DNA of 64,000 bases, taken from Takakia lepidozioides. Lineage: Eukaryota > Plantae > Bryophyta. Shown here one piece after another: positions 11,940-22,919 of the stretch. The notes beneath the pieces are model-generated. The model worked only from the letters and a program-made list of their open reading frames with translations, did not search any database and was not told the DNA's origin. Position 1 is the first letter of the stretch; each line of letters starts with the position of its first letter. The stretch spans positions 28,148,001 to 28,212,000 of the forward strand of contig CM060733.1 of NCBI GenBank assembly GCA_030704615.1. Reading direction: 5' to 3'. The translations under genes and the position numbers were made by a program.

Positions 11940-12870
11940 ATTGAGATCCATTGCTTGCCCCAACACCTGACGACGTGATGCCGCAGAAAGAGAAGGCACC
12001 GCCGTGGTCCCAATGGAAAACCCCATAGCCCGCTCTCGCTCGTCGGCATTAGGCTCCACTAACTGTTGCAACTGAGCATCCCACAGGAGGCCAGGTCCAC
12101 CATCCCGAAAAGCATGGGATCCTGGGAAGCTGAGCAGTGTAGGTAATGCTGCTCGTGGTTGACCCACCCTGTTGACCACTGCCAAAGGCGAACGGTCATC
12201 GTGTCTCACACGTTGACACTGCCTCCCTGTGTCCAAAATGTTGTCCACTATGAGGTGTGTTGGCCGCTGCACCCCATCAAATGCACGCTTGAGCAGTGCG
12301 GGTGGCATCAAGTTAGTCCACCATAGCCGTGGACGATGAGCTCATGATCCTACTGCAGCTGCATCCAGCAGGTGCTGACCCAAGCCACGACCGGACTTGA
12401 TGCACACAGGCCATCACCCTGGCCCGAGAATCGCCCATCAGTGGCACATTCTCCAAGATGTATGCTGGCGATACAGCTTGATGAAGCTGCAAGTGGCGCA
12501 AAATCCGCACCATCTCCCAAAACAGACCCGTCCTCGAGTCTCGCAATCCATTGCTATGCCCGGCTGATGAATGCCCTTGGCAGGGCCAACCTGCCACTAC
12601 CAGATCAATGGAGCCAACCTGCTCCAAATTCGGCGCCCCCAACAACGAAATGTCTGCTGGCAAGGCTTGTTGGTATCCACGAACTGCAGACACTGGCAAC
12701 AAAGCAGGGTACTGCTGTACCAACTGAGCAACATGGCGTAGTGAGACGTGTCGTGCAGTCTCATCCCTCTCCACATACAGGTAACGCCTTACCCGCACAC
12801 CTGCCTGTAGCACAGTAGCCAATCTGGTGCTGATCCCGCCAAACAAGTCCAGAAGGCAAATGTCTTCATC
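11940..12870 (-). pseudogene. C5-cytosine DNA methyltransferase domain (DNMT3-like) inside Gypsy pol
   Basis: Motif I LLDLFGGI, II YVE, III DI, IV GWPCQGHS (catalytic PC), V LRDSRTGLF, VI LENV. After a frameshift near 12375 and a TGA at 12342-12344: VIII AHRPRLWWTNL, IX ERERAMGF, X RRQVLGQAMD. Confidence 0.92.
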
Positions 12871-13260
12871 CGGATATTGCCACACAATAGGCGTGGTATC
12901 CAATGGAGACAACTGAGGTGGTCCTGGTGCAATACCCGCACTCTCCTCCTCTCCTGACAGTACAAAAGCCTCTACCCAGGCTTGTTGCACCTGTCGATCA
13001 GTAACCTGCTGCAAATCTTTGCTCGTACCCCACAATGGAGTGTGAGCAACCATGGCAGGCAATTCCGCCATACCATGCATGTCATCATGCTCTGCTGGAG
13101 GTGACACATCCTCTGCATGGGCATTGCCTTCCAGCAACTCTCCAGGCCAACTAATTGCAGCTGTAAAGGCGGCTAGTGTTGGCATCTTGCCCCGTTGGGC
13201 AGCTGCAATACCCCCAATGAATGTCACAGGGAGCTGTGCACGACGACCATCCCTTGACTG

Positions 13261-14367
13261 CTATCCAGGCTTGTAGAATGCTGACTCCTCCCAAAAGTCC
13301 AGGGTGAAGCCCATGGGGTATAACACTGCCCCACCAACGAGGACATCGTAAGAGACCGCGTCTGTCACAATGGCCTTGGCTCGCATTACTAAGCCATCGA
13401 TAGGATGATCCGGCTGCAGTTTAATGGCCAACTGATGTTGTGTCATGCCCCGAGCCTGCTCTGATCCTCCCAGAGATGTCTGTATCTGGAAAGAACAAGG
13501 CTCCATATCCGCCTCCATGAGGCCCAAACTTGCAATAGCAGCTCTGCCCAACATCAGTGGCTGAGCTCCCGAGTCCAACAAGACCCGTAGTGGCCGGTAC
13601 TTCTTGCCTGCCGGTCCACTCAAAGAGAAAATGCCATCCTGGTTGTCTAACAAGACAACTCCAGGTGTCACCATGGCGCGCTCAAAGGCTGGCCTAGCTG
13701 GCAGCTCCGTCAACCTGGCAGCTGCAGCTTGCCATGGCGCAGCCGTGGCAGTCTTGACCCTCAAATCCGAGGATCCCTCTGCCACTACACCTTCCAGTAA
13801 CTCCGCAGAAGATGAAGTGACCTCCCCACTCTCACAGAGTGTTGCTGCTAGTCTGAACACTGCAGCTGGTCTTACCCCCGGCGTCGCAATCATGGTTGCC
13901 GAGAATAGTGGGGCTTGACACACAGAGGTGGCTGCCCCCAACAACACACCGGCTATACTAGCCTTGGCAGCAGGTGTCAGTGCTGCACGTGTAGCTCTCC
14001 CCAATGGCATAGAAACCTCCGCCTCGGTAACAGTCAGGCGAGAACTAGGTGCCATGGATGGCGTTGACACTGTCTCCGCCAAGGTGAATGACTGAGGCGG
14101 CCTCGCCTGACGGCTTGCGTCCCCACGTTGTGGATCCAACTCCACCTCTGCACCTCGTGGCTCAGGAACTCGTGCTGCTCCTCGAGTCACGGCTGCAGCA
14201 GACTCCACCTGCTCTAGTGGTAGTGCTGCTCCGCACATGAATCCCATGCCTCCCATATCTCCTCCCTCAGGAGCAGGAGGTGGACCATCCCGCCTGGGAG
14301 CCGGTACCGCCTGAGCTGTAGCCATGGCAGCGAGCCTCTGCTTTAGCTGCTGAAGCCGGTTGGCCAT
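13261..14367 (-). pseudogene. Gypsy gag-pol linker and aspartic protease
   Basis: VLLDSGAQ catalytic motif and YDVLVGGAVL C-terminal motif. Confidence 0.88.
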
Positions 14368-15802
14368 GCCTTGATCAATACCCTGACCTCCACGTCCTTG
14401 GCCATATTGAGCTTGCCCTTGGCCTGCACCTCGTGCCCGACCACCTCGTCTCTCTGGGCTGGTCCACCTTGCCCCCGGCCACCATTGTTCCCTTGGAACT
14501 GGCCTGGGCGCAACTCAGGATGCAAGTCATAACACTGGGCATCTCCATGCCCATACTTGCCACAATGCCCACACTGCAACTGTGCAGGCTGTGTTTGTGC
14601 CGGCCTTTTGCCACTCTCTGGGCAATCTCTCTTGACATGGGGTCCTCCACATGTCCAATATATCACCCCTGGTTGCTGTTGGCCTGCAAAAGATGCCACG
14701 GGCCTCTGCACCTGAGGTCCCCTGTAAGCTCCATGGAACTTGGGTTGGGAAACCTTGTCCCCCTGACCACGCTGTTGGGCTGTTCCTTGTGCCTGTGGGC
14801 TGGTAGCTGCGCCTCGTGCAGGCATGTCCTTGCCAAACCCAATGGTAACAACTCGCTCCTCCACCATGTTGAGCTCAATCCGCTCAGCCAGCAGAAACAC
14901 ATCTGTTAATGTGGGTGTAACAGGGTTGCATCCCGCACCCTTCTCCTGAGCTCCTTGTCCAAAATTCCATACCAGAACTGGATTGCCTGAGCTTTAGTAA
15001 CCCCTTGGGTCACACTTATCAAGCGCCTCATACGAGTGTAGGCCTCTCGCAAGCTCTCACCGGGTTTGCGCTGGAAGTCTTGCAAACTTCGCAGCTTCTC
15101 TGTCCGTACACCTTGGTAGTTCCTCCGCAACTCCTGGAAGAACTCCACCACCGGGTTGAATCTAGAGACATGTGTTGTAGTCGTGGCAGGAGGAGTAGTA
15201 GCACCTTTTGAACTGGTACCACCTGCAGAAGTACCGGCACTACTTGTTTCACTACTAGTGCTGGTAGTGGGAGATATTGGTACTGATGCAGCTACTGGTC
15301 GCGTCGTGCCTCGAGTAATGGAGACGTAGTCAGGTGACCAATACATCCTCCACTCCAATCTCTGCTTCATGTCCTCACCTGAACTCGTGGTAATCGTCCA
15401 TAGGCGGACCTTCCAAATGCTGGAACAGTCCTTTCCACGCCATGAATGGGGTGAATAGTTGTGGATTGCGCATCTGCTGCAAATCACACCAGCTGTCGAA
15501 CTCCTGGATAAAGTCATCCAACTCGATTGAGACACAGCTCCAGAGTACCTACGAGGCCTCTTGGTAGCTCCATACATCTCCTCCATGTCGTCCCACAACA
15601 ATGGCGAATGAAACTGCACACCTGTTGATGAAGCCTCCGAGTCTTTGTCTGACTCTGCACTAGTTGAGGGTGGAGGTGAAGGTGGTCTGAAACGAACACC
15701 TCGTCTGGTGAACCCACTCTCACTGCTACTACCTGTAGCCGTACTCCCCTTAGAACCCCTGGGTAACTCCGTGATGACACTCACAATGTGCACCTCCCCC
15801 AC
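14343..15802 (-). pseudogene. Gypsy gag (capsid-like region and two zinc knuckles), frameshifted
   Basis: LQDFQRKPGESLREAYTRM (major-homology-like); WTCGGPHVKRDC and CGHCGKYGHGDAQC knuckles. Confidence 0.85.
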
Positions 15803-16305
15803 GTGACACTATAAGGCTTTAGTACTAATTCTAATACGGGTAGGCACCTGTTGCAGTTTAAGGGTCATATCCCAGTGGCTCAGGGCACCTGCACCTGCAT
15901 CCACCGCAAGAACTCCTATGGTTGGCTGGTCATCAACCCAGCCTCACCATAGAAGAAACACTGGTGGTCTTGCTGGTCATCACTCCAGCCTCACCACCGA
16001 CAACATACTCTAGGATTGACCGGTGATCAAGTCCGGCCTAATCCCTATGAAAGCAAGCGCCCACACAAAACCCACAGTCAAGCATGCAGGTGTTGGGGGG
16101 GATCCAAACACAAGAAATCAAAACTCAACACCTCCACACCAAAATCCAGCTGCAATGCTGATCCTGCAGAATAGCCCAGTCCAAAACCCGGGACTGACTG
16201 GCCTCCACCAAGAGAGGCTTTGGCAACTACGAGTACAAGGTAATGAAAATAGTACAGAGATGGAGGGGAAGAATAGAAGCCCGCCCAAGCAAGATCTAAT
16301 CCTAT

Positions 16306-17055
16306 CTATGCTATCAACTGCCAGACTTCTCTCAAAGTGCCTTGCTCTGCATGATGGTAAGGTGTAGGAGGTATATCTATGTCCAGAAACCTGCCACTAA
16401 CCTTGTCCCAAGCTACAGTAGCTCGCTCTAACCAACCCTCCTCCTCTTTCTGCCAGGTAGAGACAAAGCAATACTCCCCTATCTCCCGCTCACTGAACAC
16501 TAAAGAAAACAAAGGTATGGTCTGATAGTCTCTCAACTCGAAAGCTTTGAGATGGTTGCGGGTGTCCTCATTGCGAATGACTGCATCTCCTTTAAGCAAA
16601 ACAAACTTGTCATTGCTAATGAACCCCCGCTCGTGGTTGCCTTGTGCAGAGCGTATCCGGCTGCAACCATGTCTGATTGCACAAACTTGTGCAGCTCCTG
16701 CTCCTCTGCTCCAGTACACCACGGCCTTGTGGCTGAACACCTTGGTCCATGGGGCTGTCTTTGGTTGTGTTCCAAGCCTAGCTTTCACCCACTTTGGTAT
16801 TTCACCTACAGCTGCAGAACTGCTGGCTCCAACAGAGTTCTGACTATCCAAAGCAACATTGAGGCCCTCAACGCCAACTACAGCAGTTTGTTGTCTACTG
16901 CTAATGCCTGACTCCCAGTATGCAATCAACTCATCCAACTGTTCTCCACTCAAATCAGTCTGAGTTCCTTGGGAAACATAAATCATGTCCCCTTGTGTGC
17001 ACAGGCTAAGAGACGAGACCTGCCCTTCAATTACGTCCTCATTTCCCCCAGCCAT
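16306..17055 (-). CDS. Extra ORF of unknown function upstream of gag in the Gypsy element (249 aa)
   Basis: ATG-initiated, stop-free 750-bp ORF, sense to the element, with a globular-looking C-terminal half. Confidence 0.55.
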   Translation of the reverse strand: MAGGNEDVIEGQVSSLSLCTQGDMIYVSQGTQTDLSGEQLDELIAYWESGISSRQQTAVVGVEGLNVALDSQNSVGASSSAAVGEIPKWVKARLGTQPKTAPWTKVFSHKAVVYWSRGAGAAQVCAIRHGCSRIRSAQGNHERGFISNDKFVLLKGDAVIRNEDTRNHLKAFELRDYQTIPLFSLVFSEREIGEYCFVSTWQKEEEGWLERATVAWDKVSGRFLDIDIPPTPYHHAEQGTLREVWQLIA

Positions 17056-17325
17056 ACAAGGAGAACATCCATAGATTTGTCTCTCATATAGACCAGAACA
17101 GGTTCTAGAAACAGAATTGTGGATCTTTCATGGCACACTCACACTCTAAAAATTCCATAGATTTTTAGCAGAGTCCCAAAAATAAAAAAACCACGTCTAG
17201 AGAGGTAGATATCCCCTTTCTGCAGCTATTCCCTCAAGAACTGAGTCAAACGGAGCTCATTTGACAAAGATATGACCAACCAGGCTCTTTAAACATAACA
17301 CATTTTCATTTTTTTTTTCATTTTT

Positions 17326-17332
<7 letters not shown>

Positions 17333-17362
<30 letters not shown>
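17333..17362. repeat. (TA)n microsatellite in the Gypsy leader
   Basis: About 15 TA units seen directly. Confidence 0.9.
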
Positions 17363-17364
<2 letters not shown>

Positions 17365-19499
17365 ACAAAACAAATACAAGGAAAACTCTATTTTCAATAC
17401 TTGTCTTGGTTCCCTGTTCCTTGGTTTCTTGTTCCCTAGTTCCCACTGACTGGCTCTCCTCCAGTCGAGATCCGTAGCTATGCTGAGCCTTAATCCTTTG
17501 CACCAATATTCCCAACAAAAGCAGGAACACTTACAATGCAACCCCGGAAAGCACCAGATCGGAAATATCTGATCGGCTCAGCACTATAGTGCCAGGGGCA
17601 CATAAACCAGATTGTAGGAGCAGCCAGAGGAAATGCAGGTTATGCCAGCATCATCCAGACCATCCCTGCATCTTGGATATGCATCCTCCAGCAAGGGCCA
17701 TTGCCTCCATTGCCCGACACTTGGTTACATGCTCAGCCAAACCTAATCAGGTCATTTCCGTGACAGATTTCAGCGGCATTCAAATCACTGGCCTCGCTAT
17801 GCACTGCTGCCCTCAATCAAACATCTTGCAAAGCTGGCTGTCTTTCTCTGGCAGATCGCAAATAGAATTCTAAAGGTAGAGCGTTGGCTTCAATTCACCC
17901 GTGCACTGCTCTGCACATGCTGCTCGCTTGGGGTTTCAGAATCCCTGGAACACTGTCTACTGCAATGCAACATACCTTCAAAAAAAAATCTGACCCAAGA
18001 TTCACTGGCTGCTCAAACACTGGCATGACCAAACATCTTTAACTCCAATCAGCTTGCTACTAAATTACAATCCCAATGCCCAGTTGAGCTGCCAGTCTCG
18101 CATTCACTGTCCCCACCAAGGCAGCTGCATGAATACTATGAATACCATCACAGCTCCCATCTTCCACTCTAACCGGTTGGATGAGTACGGCCTTGAGGTC
18201 TGGTCAAGGCCACCAACTGCACCTGGGTTGTCCCAGTTCTCTGTTGCCCAGTTCGGGTCACCTTGCTGATCGTTGGTGTTTTCAAACGGGTTCATCCCAT
18301 ACACCAGACAAAGGGATAATCAGGAAAGTCTGGAGTTCAGAAGCTGATAGAGCTCATATTCCTGCACCAATTAAATGAATGTGGTATCTCGCACTAAGAC
18401 TCCCAGGACCAGCACCTGTGCAGAAGTAAGTACCCTTGACGCCGAAATGACAGTAGAGGCAAGTGATCAGTTGGAAGTGTTCAATGATGAGACAAGTAGA
18501 GCTGGAGCTCCCTTGACCTGTATCGCCACAATCCTGCACCAAGTCAGGAGGACTTGTGAGGACTTGGTCTTAAAGGAAGAACTTATCTTTCAACAATCAG
18601 AACCATTGGCGGGACGGAGGCGCAGTGTCAGATATATGGTGACAAACTTGGACTCGGGCAGTGTGCTGAGTTGAAAGCTGGGTTGTGAACCACCATTCGA
18701 CTTTCCACCAGTTTCCCCCTCAAAATGGTGGAACCAAGGTGCAAGGTAGCAACAACTACTTGGCTTTGTACAAACCTGAAGCACTTAAAAACGACTTTGC
18801 ACCTTGCACTCCCCGAAATCAACAATGCCCCCAACAACCCTTTTTGTCAGGAAGCTGGTTGCTTATGCAGATAATCGACCAGGTGAAAGCAGCTTTCCCA
18901 GACACAATCACAAGTAGCATGAAGATTTGTGAGACTCCTGGTTTTGCAGTGTTGATGATATGCCAACAATGGGCTCCCCGTTCTCCATCGCTTTGCTGCT
19001 AGGCTTTCTCTCTCGGGGCCTTCACCTTCAACCAGCTCGCTGCGCCATGCTCTACCTGCTGGCGCTGCATTTACTGGAGGGGCGGATTTACAGCTCTTCC
19101 TTCAACTGGCTCCACTACACCAGCTCCACCTGCTCTTCCGCTGCCTTTCCTGACCGCTTCTGGTCTGTGCACATCGAACTAAGGCGAGCAACCCGGCCAT
19201 CTCCAGGCACGGAAGTTCTACCCATTTGCTCGATCACAGGTACCCCTTTAAGTCTCGCACTTGGTCAGTTTCCCAACGGCCAATCGCTGCTACTCCATGA
19301 TGTCTCCTCACTGACCAAAACGAAGGCTGCTTCCATGCAGTGTAGCTCCGTCCTGCCCGGCGGCCTCATGCCAGAACCAACGCTGATCGAAACCTGCATA
19401 TATATATATTTTAAGCTTCTTAAATTATGCACTACTCTCACACAGGTAATCATACAAGTGCTAACCCTCAACTCCTACCTTGCACTCACAGGTAAGAGG

Positions 19500-19513
19500 T
19501 CATCTCTCTCGAG
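19500..19513 (-). promoter_or_regulatory. Self-priming primer-binding site
   Basis: Minus-strand CTCGAGAGAGATGA abuts the LTR end and is the exact complement of LTR positions 19717-19704. It lacks the TGG start of a tRNA PBS. Confidence 0.8.
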
Positions 19514-19869
19514 TGATAGAACAAGCTAAGAGACACATTGTTCATACCAGAAACAACATGAAATCCATCGCTATCACTCGTTAAAACAGAAGTCGAGCCA
19601 GGGGCACCCCAAGCTATGGGGACTCCACCCCACAACAACCTATACTCCCATCATAAGCACACTTAGTCCTAAACGATGCAGGAGCTCGGTCGCGCAGGCT
19701 CAACTCGAGAGAGATGAGTTGTGCGACTGCCGCTCTCGTGAAGATAAGGCGGTTCATGTGTCAAACTAAACTTGACACCTGACTTAACACTTGACCTAAA
19801 TCCAAGTGTTAAATACAAATAACTAGCTTTATTCTAGTTGTTTTCACACTGTGCTTATTTAACTTGACA
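19514..19869 (-). repeat. Gypsy terminal repeat B (5' copy)
   Basis: Matches 7788-8143; minus strand reads TGTCAAG...CTATCA. Confidence 0.95.
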
Positions 19870-21734
19870 CCATTGAGAAAGGCTGTACATTCATCTATCT
19901 GATGTACCTCAAGATTTTCAACAACAACAAACGCTAGAATCACTCGAATTGACTCCATCCGTGCAACATGGGAGAAGGTTTCATTGTAATCAATACATTC
20001 AATTTGCGAAAACCCCTTTGCAACCAAACGCGCTTTGTACCTTGCTACAGAACCATTTGCATTGTACTTAATCTTGAAAATCCATTTGCAGCCAACAGAC
20101 TGCCGTCCAGATGGAAGTTGAACAAGACTCCAAGTCTTATTATCCTGAAGAGACTTAAACTCAGATGCCATAGCTTCCTTCCAGTGTGAAGAGTTCCCAC
20201 TCCTCATTGCATCTGACACACTTTGAGGTTCATCACTGTCAACGAAATAGGCAGAAGATACCTTTGAGGGTTTTTCAATCATAGTACATTGTACCTCCTC
20301 CATTTGAACCTCAACTATCTCTTCAACAATCTTCTCTTCCATGTTATCTTCATGAGTCAGAGCCAAGTTCTTTTTTTTCACGGTCCAAACTTGGAACTAC
20401 TTTTCTTGATGAAAGTTCCTAGACTCATTGAATATCACATCATGACTGATGATCATATACTTGCTCTCAGGGTTATACAACTTATACCCTTTGTTTTCCT
20501 TTCAATAACCAATGAAGATACACTTGATTGCTTTTGCATCCAATTTCTTCCTTATTTTTTTTGGAACATGGACAAATGCAACACACCCAAAGACGCGCAA
20601 ATGATCAACTGAAGGTTTTTCAAACCTCTTCAGGTATCTTTGTAGAGATTGCCTTAGTAGGAAGTCGATTCTGGAGGTATGCTGCAGTCGCCACTGGTTC
20701 TGCCCAGAAACGGTGATCCAACCTCATGTGTTGCAACACACACCTAACACTCTCAACAAGTGTTCGATTCTTCATCTCTGCAACTCCATTCTGTTCTGGC
20801 GTATATGGTGTGTTGATTGTTTTACAATACTATTCTCTCTGCAAAATTGGTTAAAGTTCTTTGAGATGTACTCACCACCACCATCACACCGAAGAGATTT
20901 GATATTTTCTCCAGTTTGATTCTCCACCAAAGCTTTGAATGCTTTGAACCTATCAAGAACTCCAAACTTGTTTTGCATCGTGTAGAGAAATATTTTCCTG
21001 GGAAAATCATCAATGAAGGTCAAGAAATACTTTGTACCTCCGCAAGATTCAGTTGACATAGGACCGCATAGATCTGTATGAACCAGCTCAAGAACCTTAT
21101 TTGTTCGAGAACCTCCATCTTTTGGAAATGAGTTGCGATGGTGTTTACCGTACACACATCCGTCACAAAAACTCAAGATCCGATCTCCTGTAAGATCTAT
21201 GCCATTAACCAGATTGTTAACTGACATGCATGCCAAACTTTGCATTGAAACATGTCCAAGTCTCTGATGCCAGAGGTCACTCTACTTGAGCGTAGTAGTA
21301 CACTCCGCATGTAAAGCCTGGACAACCCCCACTAGCTTGTACAATCTTGCATCTTTCACTGCCTCAGCTATCATTTCACTGTCAAACTTCACCCAACAAT
21401 GATTGATAGAAAATTCAACCGTAAGACCTTGCTCAGTTAGCTGACTAACTGACAATAGGTTCTTTGTCAATCCAGGAACAAAGAGAACTCCCCCGATCTC
21501 CTTCGACACTCCAGATGATAATTGAAACACAACAGTATCTTTTCCATGGATATCAAGACTAGTACTGCTGTCTCTAAAATACACTTTGTGTCCCACAGAG
21601 AGTTCTCTGAAGGTTGAGAATGCTTCATTCTGGAACGTTATGTGCTGAGATGCCCCTGAATCAATGAACCATGCATCTCTGCAACTCGTAGAGATTGACA
21701 AAGCTACAACAAAAAATTCAGTCCTTTCAGCCAA
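19870..21734 (-). pseudogene. Copia pol remnant (protease, integrase, N-terminal RT)
   Basis: ORFs 21282-21734, 20772-21245 and 19809-20381. RT continues at 7700-7355 on the other side of the Gypsy insertion. Confidence 0.92.
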
Positions 21735-21971
21735 TGCTGAAACCTCATTTTGTTTTTTTTGTTTTTCTCATCGTCTAGCTTTTTCTTGAAGCAGTCACGT
21801 GCATATAAGTGACCATCTAACTTCTCCATTCGGATATGATCAGCAGAAGGTGCCATGATACTAGTTTGATGTTTTGCCAACTATAAAACACCCTCAAACT
21901 TTCAGATCTAACTCCAAGCACTCAAGCTTTCAGATCTGACATCAAGTACTCAACTCCAAGCTCTAATACCA

Positions 21972-22327
21972 TGTTGGAATTCGACAGAGAGTAGAGGTAA
22001 AAAATGAACTGATTACTGAGAACTCTCCACCCAACCATAGGACCACAACAAGCTGTGTGTCCACCCTCTGAGCTCTCCATATTTATACTCAAAGTCTAAT
22101 CCAGAAATAGTTGAGATAACTATAGCATAACTCCATGCTTTTACTTAAGTTATCTCCACATGCTATTCTGGTACAATGAACTGAAGCTAACTTTAGCTAT
22201 CTTTTAGTTAACTGAGGCTTATTTCTATTGTTAACTGTGACTTGTCAGCATTGCTATTATCGAAGCGTGACTTGTCATCACAGTAACTCTAGGTAGTAGT
22301 AACTTGGTCAGGAGTTGATTTCCAACA
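21972..22327 (-). repeat. Copia 5' LTR (356 bp)
   Basis: Direct repeat of 6648-7018, adjacent to the PBS. Confidence 0.95.
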
Positions 22328-22919
22328 AAAAAAAATAGTTATTTTCATAAAGTCCTTTATGACTAAATTCTTTTGAAATAACAAAACTTTTTTCATTAGA
22401 CGCATTCATTCACCATAAATGCAGGAGAGCCATGCAACAACAATGAAAACAAATGCAACCATTGCCTGAGAATGACATGCACAAGCAGCCTTCTCCGCCC
22501 TAAATTTCTATGTTGAATTCTGCAAGTTAGCTCGTTGGTGTAAGAGAGCCGGATTTCGAGCTCCAGATTACCTATGATGGAAGGATTTTTGTCGTTGAAT
22601 GTCACCGCAACATATTTACTGACGTTAGCCTCTAGCTCCCAAACGGGTCATGGCAGCAAGGTCAAAAAATGAATATTGCCGACCACATAGCCCGCATTGG
22701 CATTGTCCTCTTCTTCTTTGCATCTGTTTATTGTTCTAAGGTAGACTCCCGCCCGCAATTTAGATTTTAGTCTAGTGCTGATTGTAGCTAGGCCCTTCAA
22801 ATCATCCTTAAGGTCCTCATTATGATCAAATATCAAAAAAACATTTATGAATTGATATTATCACAATTTGAAAATCTTGGTTTTAACAGTCAATAATAGA
22901 CGGTCAAGATTGTCAGTTG

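Larger units (their letters stand above)
7701..19869 (-). mobile_element. Ty3/Gypsy (Tcn1/chromovirus-like) retrotransposon carrying a DNA methyltransferase and a PHD finger, with split terminal repeats
   Basis: 4-bp TSD CCAT (7697-7700 and 19870-19873); removing the element restores the Copia RT motif AFLNGDL. Domain order gag-PR-DNMT-RT-RH-IN-PHD; TG...CA termini. Confidence 0.95.
6648..22327 (-). mobile_element. Ty1/Copia LTR retrotransposon, internally deleted and interrupted by a Gypsy element
   Basis: LTRs TGTTGG...CCAACA at 6648-7018 and 21972-22327, with AAAAA on both flanks (TSD). Minus-strand PBS TGGTATTAGAGC (tRNA-iMet type) at 21960-21971; PPT at 7019-7030. Protease WFIDSGASQH, integrase LELVHTDLCGP/SLRCDGGGEY, RT RYKARLVAKGF...AFLNG|DL, RNase H remnant MVADILAK. 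Confidence 0.95.
6260..22915. mobile_element. Unclassified AT-rich insertion separating LINE-B ORF1 from ORF2 (own sequence ~6260-6647 and 22328-~22915; hosts the Copia element)
   Basis: Abrupt shift to AT-rich sequence with repeated ATGGACT/AGTCCAT motifs. LINE coding stops near 6260 and resumes near 22920. Boundaries are approximate; no TIR or TSD found. Confidence 0.4.

Noticed and set aside
7701-19869. Classifying the split-repeat element as DIRS/Ngaro (tyrosine recombinase)
   Set aside because: It has an aspartic protease, an HHCC-DDE integrase and a TSD, and no R-H-R-Y recombinase ORF was recognised.
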